From Laetmonice hystrix (Eukaryota): DNA of 64,000 nucleotides. Below are positions 1 to 14,142 of the stretch, piece after piece (within the stretch, counting starts at the first letter, position 1; the number at the start of each line of letters is the position of its first letter). The notes beneath the pieces are model-generated. The model saw only the letters and a list, made by a program, of their open reading frames with translations, ran no database searches and was not told the origin of the DNA. The translations under genes and the position numbers were made by a program. The stretch covers positions 35,094,001 to 35,158,000 of the forward strand of contig OZ249436.1 of the NCBI GenBank assembly GCA_965235115.1, given 5' to 3'.

Positions 1-599
1 GTGGATACTTCCATCCTTTCCCATGCATTATATCCGATCAGAGGAACCAGTGGACATTGCGTGCACATACAATTACTGTCTATCCATTAATGGTCAGTCC
101 ATGCATGTCGGCAACAGAATTTATACTGTTTAAACTAAGAGGATGTCGGCTACACTTCTAACGTTCCTTTATAATAATTGTATAGCCTCTTAGTCGGTAA
201 AGTCTTTATTCCTGTGCACGCTGTCTCATGCGACACCGATTCCCCATCTCCCTTATTATACCGCGCCCATCATGATCACCTTTCTACATGTACCAGACAA
301 CCAAAATATGTTGACTCCCCCTCGCCCACCGTGATATGAAAGGCGCCGTGCCGTACCATGTCACAGATCCCTTAAAAGGGGATGACTGCCTGCACGGCAC
401 ATCGTCTAAACGTGGTCTTTTGGCGGCATTTGCTGTCACCAATAGCCTGCCTAGAAATTGATCGTACGCACCGAAACTCAAAATAGCACTGTAAGTCCGC
501 GAACGATAGGCTTTTGTTTGAACAGTTTTAGCCGGGCTTAGGAGAAGGGATCGCGTTAGATATCAGCTATGTCGATTACGCCGCCAGAAGGATGCCTTG

Positions 600-1035
600 A
601 CGGGATTGGTTTAGGTATGGTATGACGTCACGTTCACTGACAGAAAACCCCTCATGTCACGTCACGGGATTGGTTTAGGTCTGGTATGACGTCACGTTCA
701 CTGACAGGAAACCCCTCATGTCACGTCACGGGATTGGTTTAGGTCTGGTATGACGTCACGTTCACTGACAGGAAACCCCTCATGTCACGTCACGGGATTG
801 GTTTAGGTCTGGTATGACGTCACGTTCACTGACAGGAAACCCCTCATGTCGCGTCACGGGATTGGTTTAGGTCTGGTATGACGTCACGTTCACTAACAGG
901 AAACCCCTCATGTCGCGTCACGGGATTGGTTTAGGTCTGGTATGACGTCACTGACAGGAAACCCCTCATGTCGCGTCACGGGATTGTTTTAGGTCTGGTA
1001 TGACGTCACTGACAGGAAACCTCATGTCGCGTCAC
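600..1035. repeat. Minisatellite, 7 units of 64/58 bp
   Basis: Units start at 601, 665, 729, 793, 857, 921 and 979; the last two lack GTTCAC. Confidence 0.95.
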
Positions 1036-1352
1036 ATCCCCAGAAGTAATGAACACCATGTCTGGTTGACAACTAAAGGCACGCCTCACAGGCATACATG
1101 CAAATGACACCAAACGTAGGGCTGGGGATGACGTATACATACAAGGTGAGCCAAAAGTCACATGTTTTGTATTATATATCTATACAGACACTTTTGGCCC
1201 ACCCTGTATTAAGAGAAACACGTCTATCCGACCAAACATGCTTACACTTATACCCATATACATCACACAAACCTAAATATGAACGGCACGCCCAGAAACA
1301 CACAAAAACACACCAGTAATGGAATATACATAGAGGTATAATATATACTCAC

Positions 1353-1462
1353 CGCATGGAAGGTAACGAGGTAGGAGCCAACGAACACTAGAGCGACGTT
1401 GATAACTATCCAGACGAAGGTTGGAAGCGCAAGACATCCTACCGTATCACATTCCTTTAATA
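1353..1462 (-). CDS. CLCN7: ClC-7-like exon (second transmembrane helix)
   Basis: 110 bp, ECDTVGCLAL...INVALVFVGSYLVTFHA, donor GTGAGT. Confidence 0.88.
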
Positions 1463-4400
1463 CTCGCTAGTGTTAAGGCATCGTCTCCGTGTTCTGTTTT
1501 CTACGATACACTTCACAGACAGGTCATTACATGATGGATGAACCCGGTAACCCTGCTTCTCGTCTCCTTGTCATTACAATTACTACAGAGGTCATAGGTC
1601 AAAGTATGGGTTTGCCTGCATCAACTCTGACAATTGCCAGTGTTCTGAACCTAACAAGAGGCAACGTGTATCTTATAGTACCACACAACTTCAAGTAGAG
1701 CTATCCCATAACATAATCACATACAGTCTACACCATATAATAGGGCAATCACGTACAAGGATACATGAGTATATGGCAGCAAACTTGAGCTTGGATATAT
1801 AAGTTATACAGACGGCAACAATGATTGCGATGATTGCAACGTAAAATCCGATCAGGAAGTTTACAAACCACCTGGCAAGTGCTGCTCGTTGAAGATTCTA
1901 AAAAATGAAACGTCGATTAGTTGTGGCATGGGGATGTAATCATTATAAACACCTATTTTATGTGGTTTATTGATTTGAATGCGGGTTTATGCAAGTATAT
2001 TTCAATAATCATACAGAACGTCTGTTCTGGCAAATGTTACAATGAATTATGGAGGTTAAACACGGAAAATATCTATACAATACAGTTCTGTTAATTGTTG
2101 ACATAACCGGAGCCGTCTTTAGCTACTGTACAACTGTACGAACGTGTGTGATGGTATCATTGTATTCATACAGGGTGTCTTGAAATGTGTTCATTCGATA
2201 TTATGAATAAAATGTGTTATTTTTGAGACACCCTCTATAAATATATACTATATGTGCATGTCATAACGTGTGCAGGGAGCGTAATCAATGTTATATGCCA
2301 ACATGTGTCATAGCTGCGCGTGCACTTTTCTTTACGAAAAGTCTCATTCGGAAAGCGTAGGCCTAAATCATCAAGGAAAACTAGACGTTTTACTCCTGCG
2401 ATGTACTACTCCCCCCATAGCGTGATACTAGCATCCACACCTTCTATTGGTTAGAGATTAGACAAGGTCTCGCCATACAGAACGACAATATTTTCACAAA
2501 GCACTACACGCATCCAATCAGGCCTATACTGCCATGCGCTGGAGAACACTGAAGCACATCTTACCCTATGCAATGCCTGTGGACAGAAATACTGATTACG
2601 TCAGTAACTATTATGGTATAGCATGATGTCAACATCATTATCTGATTAAAGGTTGCCTAACACACATCCCCCATCACTCACAGCTGCTGATTAAGGTTGG
2701 GGCTCTAATTATCAGAGGCCGTGTTCTCCAGAACTCGGATGAGAAGAGGATTTATCCAGGTTTTCATTAGTAATAAGTTTTCGCGTCGGGCAAGCTGTAA
2801 CTAAGGAGGCGTTTTTAGAAAAGATTCGACTTTAACCGGAATTCTGTTCCAACCTATCTCCGCCTAAAGCCAATGCTCATAACTAACAATAGGACTCGTG
2901 ACGTCAAGGGCGTCTTTGTTTAACAATAAGCGAAGTCAACCTTCATCCCTCAGGGATATCTACTCGGTTAAAGTACCCACCTACGACCCCGACGGCACAT
3001 GATAATAAAGGCTCCTTGCTGACGGGGAGAAGCCCCATATACCTGGTGAGAAAGCAGCTGGAACCCTTCATGGGCCACCCACCTCAATCAACCACCGTCA
3101 GCCAGCCCACGCTCTATAACCCACGTCTGTATACGGGCGCCCACGCACGTAGCGGGCGGGTGGGTGGGCGGTTCCATCCCGCCCTATCCATAATATCTTA
3201 GTTACGACAGTTTAGATCCACCACCGGAGACATACAACCCCTCACAGATCATTCCGCACGTACATCAGGATTAGGACGAACGAGTAGACGATTTCTAGAT
3301 CTACGATCGGCCCGTCAACATAGATTTTATGACAGCAATGTCTGATCGATCCAGACTCGCTGACATATGGTTGTCGGGGCGAGTTGGACTGTTGTCATTG
3401 TCACGGGAGGCTCAAGGCTTCGACAGCCGAGAGAATCTATCCATATGACTCACTTCAAAGGATATAGTTCGCGGTGTTTTTTATTCTGCAGGAATGCGAC
3501 GGAGAAAGTTTTCTTGGTGACCTCATGTGTTGAAAACAAGTGTTGCAATAGAAAGCTTGCTGGTCGATGCATGTCCCTGGAATGCATTGATTAGTGAATA
3601 AATTATTACACATTGGTTTATCCAGCGTGTAAGGTCAATGCTTCACGGTATTTGTTCGCGGATTCCTCAGTAGGTTCTATCTTTAATCAAAAACGAAAAT
3701 ATATCATTCAATTAATAAAATGATATTTGTCTTCCATAACGGGAAGTCGACAGAGCTTTGAATTATATAATTATAAAAACATAATGAAAAGTGAAAGAAC
3801 GGTTATAGTGAAACTTCAAATCATTCACGTAAAATTTAGTTGAAAATATACCTCAAGGCACTCGGCTGATTTATACTTCATACGCGATGCTATGGTTGGA
3901 CTTGGAATTGATTTGACCTATACAGTGTCTTTCTTTAGAACTGCTAACCAATAAAGACGTATATGCCCTTATCGATATGCGCGTTTAATCGTTAAATGGT
4001 TAATCGTTTACTTTCTCCTTTATCTCCCTGGGTATACCAAACATTATTTTAATAAGCCTTTTTTTATATTTGCTGAATTCCAGCAAAATCATAATTCTTA
4101 ACAATAATCTCGATCGATTTGTGTATCTCATGAAAAGTAACATGAAAAGTAATTCTTTTTACATTTTTTCTTCACAGCTATATCTTAAAACAAGAGATGT
4201 GAAACTCAAAAGAAGTATTCGTACCTCGGGAGTGAGCCGTTGTTTATCCTGCAGGAAGCGCTGACTTTCCACAACATTGTAGTCGAGACTCTATAATACA
4301 GACAAGAAGGAATTTATTCAACGTTCAGGGAAATGTTATCGAGTTATTATGTATTACAGGGGCAGATAAAAAATTGTTACCAGGGAGGTACCCCCCCCCC

Positions 4401-7400
4401 CCGGCCCTGCATTAACTCTCAATGTTAAAGTCGAATAGAAAAAAGCCCGATTGTTTGTGGGATGTTGTTGTTGGACAGCCAGAACAAGGCCAACAGCCCT
4501 CTGATTGTAGAATGATTGAAGACATCCGGACAGGGAAGGGATTACACCCATGGGGTCTCACCATCAATCCTCCATGTCCACGTTTTCCTTTTATCCCCTC
4601 TTTCTTCTCTTGAATATTTTTCTGACTCCCCAATCTCCTTCCATACAAACCTATCTTGTCCATACAAATCACTTCCCCCTTTATGTCACCCCTTGCCGTG
4701 ACTCTCGATCCCTCAATGTTATACAGAGCTACATTGTATCCCTCAATGTTATAGGCCTACAGAGCTCTTCTCTCTAGATTTCCTCTCAATATGCGTCACT
4801 GCCAGGGCCCGTTTCATAACTCGTTAAGAAAATGCGTTAATTAGTACGCGCTCGTTTATATACTAGCGCGAAGTTTAACGCATTTTGCGTAACGCCGTTT
4901 CATAACTCGTAAAATGATGGCGCGTAAAAAGATGTACGTTGGGTTCGTTAATAGGCCTATACGCATTCGTGATTTAACGCTGAAAAGGCCGCTTGTGCTT
5001 GCGAAAAATATTAAATTTAGAGATCATACCAGGGCTGCGCCACCAATCACCACCTTGCGGTTCGATTGCGTACTACAAGATTTATTAGAAGATTATCAGC
5101 TTAAGTAGGCCCCAATCATCCCCAAAATGTTCTAGTGTGAAGAGGTGAGTATAATGCTTAGTAGTGCAATCTCGTACATTTCGTCAGAGGACGCGGATGT
5201 GAAAGGAGAGGCGCGTTCTTTCCAGAATAATATATTGTCATCAGGTTTTAGTCATGCGCCCCCAATAGTCATCTCTGAATCTGTGTTATCATAATATTTT
5301 GATTACTGTTATTTTGTAGCGCCAACGCTTACGGGCCAACTTTTGGTGGAAGAGGATTCACAAACACAGGGGCTCACCTCCGTTGTGCCAGGTGTGGGAA
5401 CCGAGGGGTGGGGGCAAGGTGGCGATTCCCCAACTTTGTATTGGCGGGAATAACATTGTTTTGCCCCAATCTAATTAAAATTAGTTATTGGTATTCCGCG
5501 TCTCCACTCCATACCTATATAGTATGGAACACATGCGATCAGATCTAAATTTTAATTAGATTGAGTTTCGCCCCCTCCCTATTATTTGCCAGTTATATTT
5601 TAATAACAGAGATATGCCACTGCCAGGAGACCAAAAATGGATTCCAAGCATCACAATATTATGATGTCCTATTCAGTGGCAGCAGTAAGGAGACAAAGTT
5701 TACTTGATGCATATTTGATGAAGGCGCTGCAGTGATTCAGAGGTAAAATTTGCTAAGGGGAAGGGGTCAGCACGGTCAATTCAGATGTTCTACCGGGGAA
5801 AAAGAGACAGTGGTTGCCAAGGGGAGTTTGAAACCCCGACCCCCCCCCCCCCGGCGCTTTCCCGGGCCATGCCCCAGTCTCCCTCCCCCCTCCAATGAAA
5901 ATATATGGTTCCCACGCCTATGGTCCCTATCCTAAAAGGAAACGAACCAAGCGTTGCTAAAATTTAAATACAATATGTGTTGGTGACACGAACTGTATGT
6001 AGTGTGTTTATTGCAAGAAAATATATTATCTAAATGTTTGAATGACAGGTTCTCTGGTATGAGCCTTTGCTAAATGACGGCTAGATAGAGAGGAGGAGGC
6101 ATGTATAATTATTGGTATCCCGCAATTAATTGCAATATTGTGAAGACATGTTATTGCCAATACAATCCTATACTAGATGTCCCCGGGTCACTCTGTATGG
6201 TACCTCCACTGCCATCAAGACATTTGTGAATAATGAGAAATAATATAATATATGACATAAAATCTTCATTCTCCACAATATCAGGATTTTGGATGGCATT
6301 ACGTTGGTATTGCATTGTCCTAGCCGCCATATTTGTTCAGGGGCGTAGGAACAGGGGGGCCAGGGGAGCATTGCCCCCCCCCCCACTTTGAAATGAAGGG
6401 GGGCCAGAGTATCTTTTGGCCCCCCCACTTTTCCCCTCCCCTTTACTTTTGCCATTGGAAGTCTATGGGGGGGAGGGTATTTTCTCACATTTCAGACCTT
6501 ATTTTGTGCTCTAAGATGCACCAAATGTCACCAAATTACACTATAAATTTCAATTTTTTTCGGGGGAGCATGCCCCCGGACCCCCCTAACTGCGCTTCGC
6601 CCCTTCGGCGCTCGCCCAGTCCCCCCGCCAAACTGTAATCCCCCTCGAAAAAACCTGCACATGGCCCTGTTGGTCCCCCCACTTTTAAAGTGCTTCCTAC
6701 GCCTCTGTTGTTGATGTGCTCAGTGTAAATAATGTGTTAATTAACGATACTATCGTTAATTAGCGATAAATCAGTTAGCGAAGACTTAATCCGCACCTTT
6801 TTAATCCGCGCTAAAATAATCCATTTAACGCGGAAATAGCGCAAAATTTCGTAAGTAAACGCCCGCTTTAATAGTTAAGCAAAGGTTAAACGCGTTTTTC
6901 GTTGATTAACGCGTTTTAGACCTATAGCGAGCGCACAAACTTAGTTATGAAACGGGCCCAGGTGGTCGCTTAACGTTTCATTAGAACACCTGTATATGTC
7001 AAGTCCCTTACTCTTTCTTCAGTAGCCGTCCCGTCCTGTTCAATTGGCAAAAATAGGGGGTCCCCTACAGATATATAGATACTATAATTTGCTATAACAT
7101 ACGTAATATACTAGGTGAGTAAAAAAAAAACGCTCTTTTTCGCTTCGAATTTTTCCCCTCGAAATATATAAAGGTGATTCTGCATTTGGCTCCGTGATCA
7201 TCTTGATATGGTTGTTGCATAACAAAGATAGAGCGTATTGTTCGCTGGCACCCGATATCACTACCACCACAGTATTTTAGAGGTGGCAAAGAGCTTTATT
7301 GGCTGTCCTTACCGCAAAAGTGGGACCCAAAGTCCCTATAACACAGTGTTTGTCATGTGATGTTACGTGGTACGTCAGAAGCAGCAGTCTACGCGCTCAA

Positions 7401-7618
7401 CAACCATATCAAGATGATCACATAGCCAAATGCAGAATCACTTTTTTATATTTCGAGGGGAAGAATAAGAAGTAAAAAAGAGCGTTTTTTACTTGCCCTG
7501 CATGTATATCGGAACCGCTTACCTCGAATCTTGAGGACAGCCTCTTACGAGGTTTGGTGACGCTGATGCTTCCACTCTCCGACTTTAGTGACTGAGATGA
7601 TAAACTGCCTCTTCTTCC
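1353..7618 (-). CDS. CLCN7: ClC-7-like (CLC-6/7 subfamily) H+/Cl- exchanger, partial: four exons; start exon not located and 3' part beyond the window
   Basis: Exons 7523-7618, 4225-4290, 1765-1897 and 1353-1462 splice to ...KRLSSRFE-SLDYNVVESQRFLQDKQRLTPE-NLQRAALARWFVNFLIGFYVAIIAIIVAVCITYISKLKFAAIYS-LLKECDTVGCLALPTFVWIVINVALVFVGSYLVTFHA. This covers the ESLDY motif and the helices just before the GSGIP signature. ClC-7 rather than ClC-6 is my reading of the spacing. Confidence 0.85.
1463..1764 (-). other. U12-type (minor spliceosome) GT-AG intron
   Basis: 5' site GTATCCTT (1757-1764); branch CCTTAAC (1472-1478) 9 nt before a GAG acceptor; no polypyrimidine tract. That acceptor keeps the reading frame. 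Confidence 0.85.
1765..1897 (-). CDS. CLCN7: ClC-7-like exon (first transmembrane helix)
   Basis: 133 bp, RWFVNFLIG...KLKF, followed by a GTATCCTT donor. Confidence 0.88.
4225..4290 (-). CDS. CLCN7: ClC-7-like exon (SLDY motif)
   Basis: 66 bp, SLDYNVVESQRFLQDKQRLTPE. Confidence 0.85.
5467..5563. mobile_element. Small palindromic element
   Basis: CAATCTAATTAAAATT ... AATTTTAATTAGATTG; a related end recurs near 43553. Confidence 0.55.
6338..6707. mobile_element. MITE with CAG...CTG ends
   Basis: TIR CAGGGGCGTAGGAA / TTCCTACGCCTCTG, TSD TTGTT. Confidence 0.85.
7112..7500. mobile_element. Fold-back MITE with imperfect TIRs of about 105 bp
   Basis: 7112-7218 is the reverse complement of 7398-7500. 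Confidence 0.8.
7523..7618 (-). CDS. CLCN7: ClC-7-like N-terminal exon
   Basis: TTTTTCAG acceptor, GTAAGC donor, 96 bp, phase 0/0; ends in FE, which completes ESLDY. Confidence 0.75.
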
Positions 7619-10600
7619 CTGAAAAACAAAATGTACAGAGACAAAATGAGGTCATATTCATACGTATATTTGACACAGCTTTCCTCGACAAACTGTTAAC
7701 AACAATCGAACGTTTTAAATATAGACAAAAGATGATATTAAAGAACAAACTGGCATGAAACCCTTCTTTTCGAAAATAGACCTCGCATACTGAACCACCC
7801 CTTTGTAGTCATAATATCATCGCATTACCATCTCATTCTGCCATTATAATCTTCTTACGCATTTGTCATTTAAACAAATTATACTTTGTAAGGTTGATTA
7901 ATGGTGGGTTTTTGGACTGGGCAGTTTTAAAAAACCGGTACCGAAAATACCCCAGAATAAATAAAGGAATGAAAAAAGGAGATTTCTTTTCGTTTTTGTT
8001 TGCATGACTGAACATTTTGAATGGCCCCTACCTTTTTCAGGTCTAGCTTATTTTACGTAGCCCAAAGACCACTTCCGATCTAAATATTGTTATAGTTGCA
8101 GATGTTGCTCAAGATACAGGACGCTTTTGGCCGTTATGAATGCATTATTAAGATAAGATATTGATTTCATTAGCCATCGAGCCGATCCTTTAAATCCGGG
8201 CCTACTGATCGGACTGATCCTCCAACTATAGTTACCTTGACACTCAACTGACCCCCAGTCCATTCACCTGCCTCTTAATTAAGCCAGGAATCCATATTCA
8301 TGTCCGTAGTGCGTATTGCGTAATGCGTAATACAAACAATGAAAACACGCTATACGCACTACACACACATGGAATCACTCCAACTTATGAATACGCACTA
8401 CGCAGTACGCATTATGCATCACCCCCACACTCAATCGGAACGACCGAGTCGGGAAATAGACTCGGATAGTAACAACGCCATCTTACTTGGCTGACGTCAC
8501 AAAACTATGTTCAAAATGGCAGGTGATGTACACACAGACATTATGTTCGGGGAGAAGCGACACTGCACCTACTAGTGTTACATGCTGTCTCTGTGTCGAA
8601 GGCTGAAGGGCAAACGAAGGATGTCGCCCGCATATTGTACCGCACTTGGAAATTCTTCCAAGGCAGTCTCCATTGAATTCGTAATCTATCGCACACGTAG
8701 GCGATGCACTAGGCCTATGCCATGGCTATGACATGTCACCGTGTGGGTGCCGCCATTGTGGTAAAAGTCGGACTGCCGAAATCGTACTGTGACATCAAAT
8801 TATGTGAACCTGTTACTTGTTTGCTCATTATCAACATGTACAGTCGATGAAAATTTGTTTATATGCACGCAACACCTAAAACAGTTAGTTGGTCAATCCA
8901 CTGCACTAAATTTTCAATCGGCCGGATCAGAGAGCACACCACAATGCCATATCCGGCGGATTCGCGGCATATGGCCGTAGAATTTCTACACTTTCACTGT
9001 CCGAGTCTAGTTCCCGAAAGCAAAGTAAACCGGAAATGGATTCCTGGCTTGAGTATAGGAGGTTCAATCCATACAAACGAGCTTGATGGAGTTGAGTTGA
9101 GCTGGATCGGTACGTACATTCACAGTTTTTATGATTAGAGAAAAACAGCAATGCCCTGAAGAAACCTACAATTACCCGCACATTTAGAGATTGTTTCGCT
9201 TAACACCGCATTTAATGGATTACTTACTCTATCCAAGGACAAACAGTGAGAAGTAAGTTAATGAAAGCTAACATGAAATGAAGAATGTTGGCGATTTAAT
9301 TCTTATACAGTGGAACCTCCTCAGCTGTCAGATATCATTGGAATAATTCCGAGAGTTATGTACGTGTATGGACTGCATTAGTCTAAGAGCAACTGTTACG
9401 TAGAGGTCATACATTATTCGCGCAGCCCGCTGTGCAAAATGATGGCGGAATAGGCTTCAAGGGGAATCAAGAACATGCTTGGTCTTCGATGGCAATAGAC
9501 ATCATTCGTCAGAATTTGGGCGTATTATATAATCTAAGACACGACCTCAAGACGTTTACGGGCACTTCAGACCAAAAGGAATCATCAATGCCCGAATAGT
9601 CATACAAGAGAACGGGCAAATATTGGCAATTACGAAGAAATGAGTTCTATATTTATACTTGCCCTACACCTAATACTAAGGATGAGGAGAGGGCAAAGAC
9701 GTACATTTCGCCCTGACTTGAGTGTTTATGGAATCCAGCGCAATTTTACGTACATGCCACAGCATATGACGTGTGCATGCGGTCATGTACAAAATTAAGG
9801 ATAACCCCTTATTGTATGAGCATGATCTATTATAGAATTGAAACAAGGTAAATGCATACTGCAAGATGCAACATGCTACATTTATATGCTTGTGCATATT
9901 TTCCATTAAACTATTGGGTTATCCTTAAAATATTAAAACACAGAGTCGGTTTTTTTTTCAGTATCATCCAATTCAGCCCGTTTTCGATTACTTCTACGGA
10001 ATGACAGCGGCGTCGAAAAGTAACCCCAACTGCGAGCGATATAAGAGGTGTTGGCTCGTCCTTTCATAAAACTAAATTGATCAGAAAGGGTGTGATTACC
10101 TAAAGCCGGTTCATAACGTTGGATACCCCATCACACCTTGGGAATGGGCCTCGCTTGATTACCTTCTCATTAAGGTCCATTGTTCTATGAACACCAGCGA
10201 TTTCAAACCATGGGAACCTCTATAAACAGCGAGACTGGGTAGTAATATCCGAAAGCAGCTCGAATAGAATGAACCGGCTGTGGGATGGGAATGCACTTTT
10301 TCGTTGCCGTAGATATCTCTACGGTCTGTTCTATTTATTGCTCGTATACGCTTTGGTGTGGTGGCATAATTACTTGGCCATCGCATTAACGAAATATCAC
10401 GCCATAGTGCATGGATAGTTCCCAGTTCGAAATATTCAAACGATGTATGGCATGTTTTATTGCAGACCAATTTCCACGTATTTTATCAGCAGTAGGTTGT
10501 AACTGCATGTCCTGGTTCATTGGACTTTCCCCGGATACGGACATTGGCAGCCGTCAGGGGTTAAATTAAGTCGAGGGATGTATATCCGGTGGAATCCCTG

Positions 10601-13600
10601 CAGCTTATATATAGCTATTAGTTATAGCCTTGACCATGATATAGACACCAAGCCACTCCACCGGCCCCGATTGATTCTCATCTTTACGAGGACCATTTTG
10701 ATGGCTGAAATGTCGGAAGGTTTGCCAAAATGTCTGCCACAAAACAGGCGGGTCAACCTATAAGTCCTTGACGATACAAGCGACACAACTGTGCCCAGGG
10801 ATGGAACAACAGCAAAGAAAAACAAGCTGTGCTACTGCTCTAACCTTCGTCCTTCTAGATTACAATATCGATTGAGTGAATTGACCTTGTTGACTATAAC
10901 GTTTATATTGACAAGAACCTTCTTTTAGCATAATTGACATGCACTCTCTGGAAATCCACGTCACGCAAAGCAAGATCATTTCATTTCATGGCCGCATGGA
11001 CAGAAGTTGGCACCAGAACAATAGCACAAAAGAGTTACCATTACCATTATACACAAAGATAACTGGTGTGGTGGGAAATGAAATATTCCCTGTTAAAAAA
11101 AATACATAATCCAATTTACATGAGTAGCTAGGATATTTTTATTTAACTTTTTGTAGGACAATAAAATCAGCCCCCCCCCCCGATTTAACTGTAAAGCAAT
11201 ATAATTGACTGGACATTTTTTTAATCTCCTATATTATGTCGTGTAAAGAATTGTTATCATTACAGATTGGACATTTCACGCACACACCCCGACCCCCACA
11301 CACACAGTGTGTAAGGAGGAGGGTCCATTGTCCTAATCGACCACCAAAGCTTCCTTTTATGGGCCGTGGTTGAGTGGGCATGCAAACTATAATGCAGATC
11401 TAGGCCCTACAAAAAAAGTAATAGCCCCCCCCCCCCCACACACACACACACACACACCATCTTTGTGAAGGGGTAGGCCGAAATAATTATTTTAGGGTTA
11501 CGAAATAGGTTTAAGCCAGTCCATTCGATTTTTTTCGAAAAATATTCATTTCTATTAAATCGTTTTCGTTGATGTCAATCACACTGTTCTGTAGTTATCC
11601 TTTGTGACGAAGATAGGCTCCGGAGCGTGTACACATACAGAGGCCTCTCCCATTAATAGGCGCTATGGGGCAAATTCCAGTGATTCGAGGTGGTGCGCAT
11701 GCGCTACGCCTATGCTATAGCAAAGCACCGTCACCGACTTTTAAATATGATAATATCCGGAAGGCTAACCCCATATTGGGCACCAAAGTGTTCAAAACGG
11801 TGGATGTTTTTACATATGACGTCGATTGTTTTTGCAAATGACGTAAGTTTATGTTTTTACATTTGACGTCAATTTCATTTACAAATGACCGAAATATCTT
11901 GTTACATTTGACGTTGAAATGTTTCACATATGGCATCGGTTTTTACATTTAACTTTGTTTTTTTTACATATAGCGGACCTGTTACATTTGATGTAATTTT
12001 TACATTTGACGTTGCAACACCATGCAAGTGAAAACGGTGAAATGAGCATGTGCCATCTGGATACAGCCAGTTCAAAAATAGCAATACCTAATTAAAGTAG
12101 CAGTAGTAATTTCATCTTTGTCATTCCATTTTTGGAAAATGTCATCATCAGTGTCATCAAATTTAATGGAAGGATATTACAAGTTGGGCGGTTTGTGACA
12201 CAGTTGGTAACGAAACACCTCTCTGAATGAAACACCAAGCAAGTTGCAGCTCCAGGATGTGACTGATGACGCCCGAGCCTCAACTTGTCATAAAGCAATA
12301 GCTGTCAACCAAAAAACTATGAACTACTTTCCTACTATATACGAGTTTTTGGAGCTAGAATAGTTATAATAATAGAATTCTATTGTCTCCCTTTTCTAGG
12401 TCACCTTGCAGAGTATTTTCATATGATATTTGCCAATACAATTTTCTGTCACCATCAGTGTCATCGACACACCAGGAGATAACAAGAAGTTACACGTCTC
12501 TCTGTACCTCAGCGCATACACTTGTCTTCCGGGTCATGAATACATTACTATACAATGACTATATTGATGACAGAACGATTTTTCCTTTTCAAAATTTGTG
12601 TGACCTTAATAAATAACTCACACTCCAGGGCATGTCACTGCCTCTGTGGTTTACACCAGCAATACAATTTATTGAAGCAAGGGACGGGAGGGGTTACGAC
12701 GTTGAGTAATAATAAATTCTCGGCTTCTTTCAATTATATCTATATAATTTGTGACTACGTTTTGTGTGTGTAGTACTACCACCTTCTTTGAAATGCGTCC
12801 CTATATATTTCGTTGTTATTTTTTTGTGTTTGCTTTTTGTGTGGTGTGCGTGTTTTTGTTTTCTGGGGTGGGGTGGGGGTGCATGAGAAAAATCTACCGG
12901 TCAAAGGCTCAACCATTGCTTAAAATGTTGAAGGGAAGTTCGAGAAGGAATTTATATTTAAACTGAAGATTTAAAGGCGGGTTGACGTGTGACACAATGA
13001 AGTCATTTATCTAATATTCACATCAGAGTCCAGCCTCACAGCGACATACCTTGGGTGACCATGAATATACTGCCAAACATACCTTTATATGCAAACGAGT
13101 GCGTGCGGCAGTTTAATGGCAATTATCTGGGACAGCCAATATATCACACATCAAAGAGTTGGGCGTGTCTCATTGATCAGTACAATGACAATCGAGAAAC
13201 GCGTACTTCTCCTATTTACACTCATTCAATATTTATATGATAAACTAGAAGCTCCAAACAAAGGGGTCGGCATCAATGTTGATGACTACGAGACAGAAGG
13301 CGAACACAACACTTGGGTGTCAATGTTACTACTCTGTCATCAAGGCGCGCTGTCGTTGACAGCAGGAGGCCTACCTATCTTAAGGTCTGTTGTAGGCAAG
13401 GTCTTTGAACTGATTTTAAAAGGATATACGGTGATATTCAATTTCATAGAATTGTGAATAGTGTGCCTTCAAGAGTTGCCAGCTGGCTGATTTTTAAGAG
13501 GATAAAAGAAGGGATAAAAAAGATGGGAGAAAAGGATGTACTCAATGCTCTATTATTGCTTTTGCCATGTGAGCATTCACAGAAAGGCGAAAAAATCTTG

Positions 13601-14142
13601 ACTGACTCATCAATAGGATATACGTGCTGTCTTGACTGATTCCTTAATTAATCCATCATTAAGACAGCCACAGATCCGGTATGGGGTCCACCCAATAACC
13701 ACAGTCTGACTGATATACGAGCCAGTCGACTTGATTATAGAAAAATCACCTCCTTATGTTTCCATCAGGCTTCAGTGTGACCGTAATTCCCATCCCAATC
13801 AGCTGATCCACTGACAATGCATTCCCTAACAAACCATCCATTTTGACTGCGCCATTTGACGCACTGCCGGTTTGGTTAATGAAGCCTTCATATAGTACTT
13901 ACTAACAGGCTTCATCGATCAAACTTGCTTTATAGTTAAATGCTGCGTCTTGTACAATAACAATAAGATCTCAGTGAATGGACATCGGTTTACATAGGAA
14001 TAAGCTGGTCCTATAATCATCTAAATGGTTCGTTTGAAATAGAATAAGTGTATAGAATAAGTGTTCTTTGAATCTTGGTGCGTCATGAGAAACTGAATGA
14101 AAGTTAATGGCGCGTTATCAGTTATACCTAATATCTGTATTA

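Larger units (their letters stand above)
4806..6958. mobile_element. PIF/Harbinger-like deletion derivative with nested MITEs
   Basis: TIRs GGCCCCGTTTCATAACT / AGTTATGAAACGGGCC, 3-bp CAG duplication on both sides, subterminal repeats. A possible transposase relic (ILHNI) lies near 6270. Confidence 0.75.

Noticed and set aside
600..1035. CRISPR-like appearance of regular repeats (also 20641-21078 and 29153-29516)
   Set aside because: Head-to-tail tandem units with no unique spacers, no cas genes, eukaryotic context.
10163..10180. MDLNEK as the start exon of the ClC-7-like gene
   Set aside because: Phase-compatible but too short to distinguish from other candidates (e.g. near 8641-8673).
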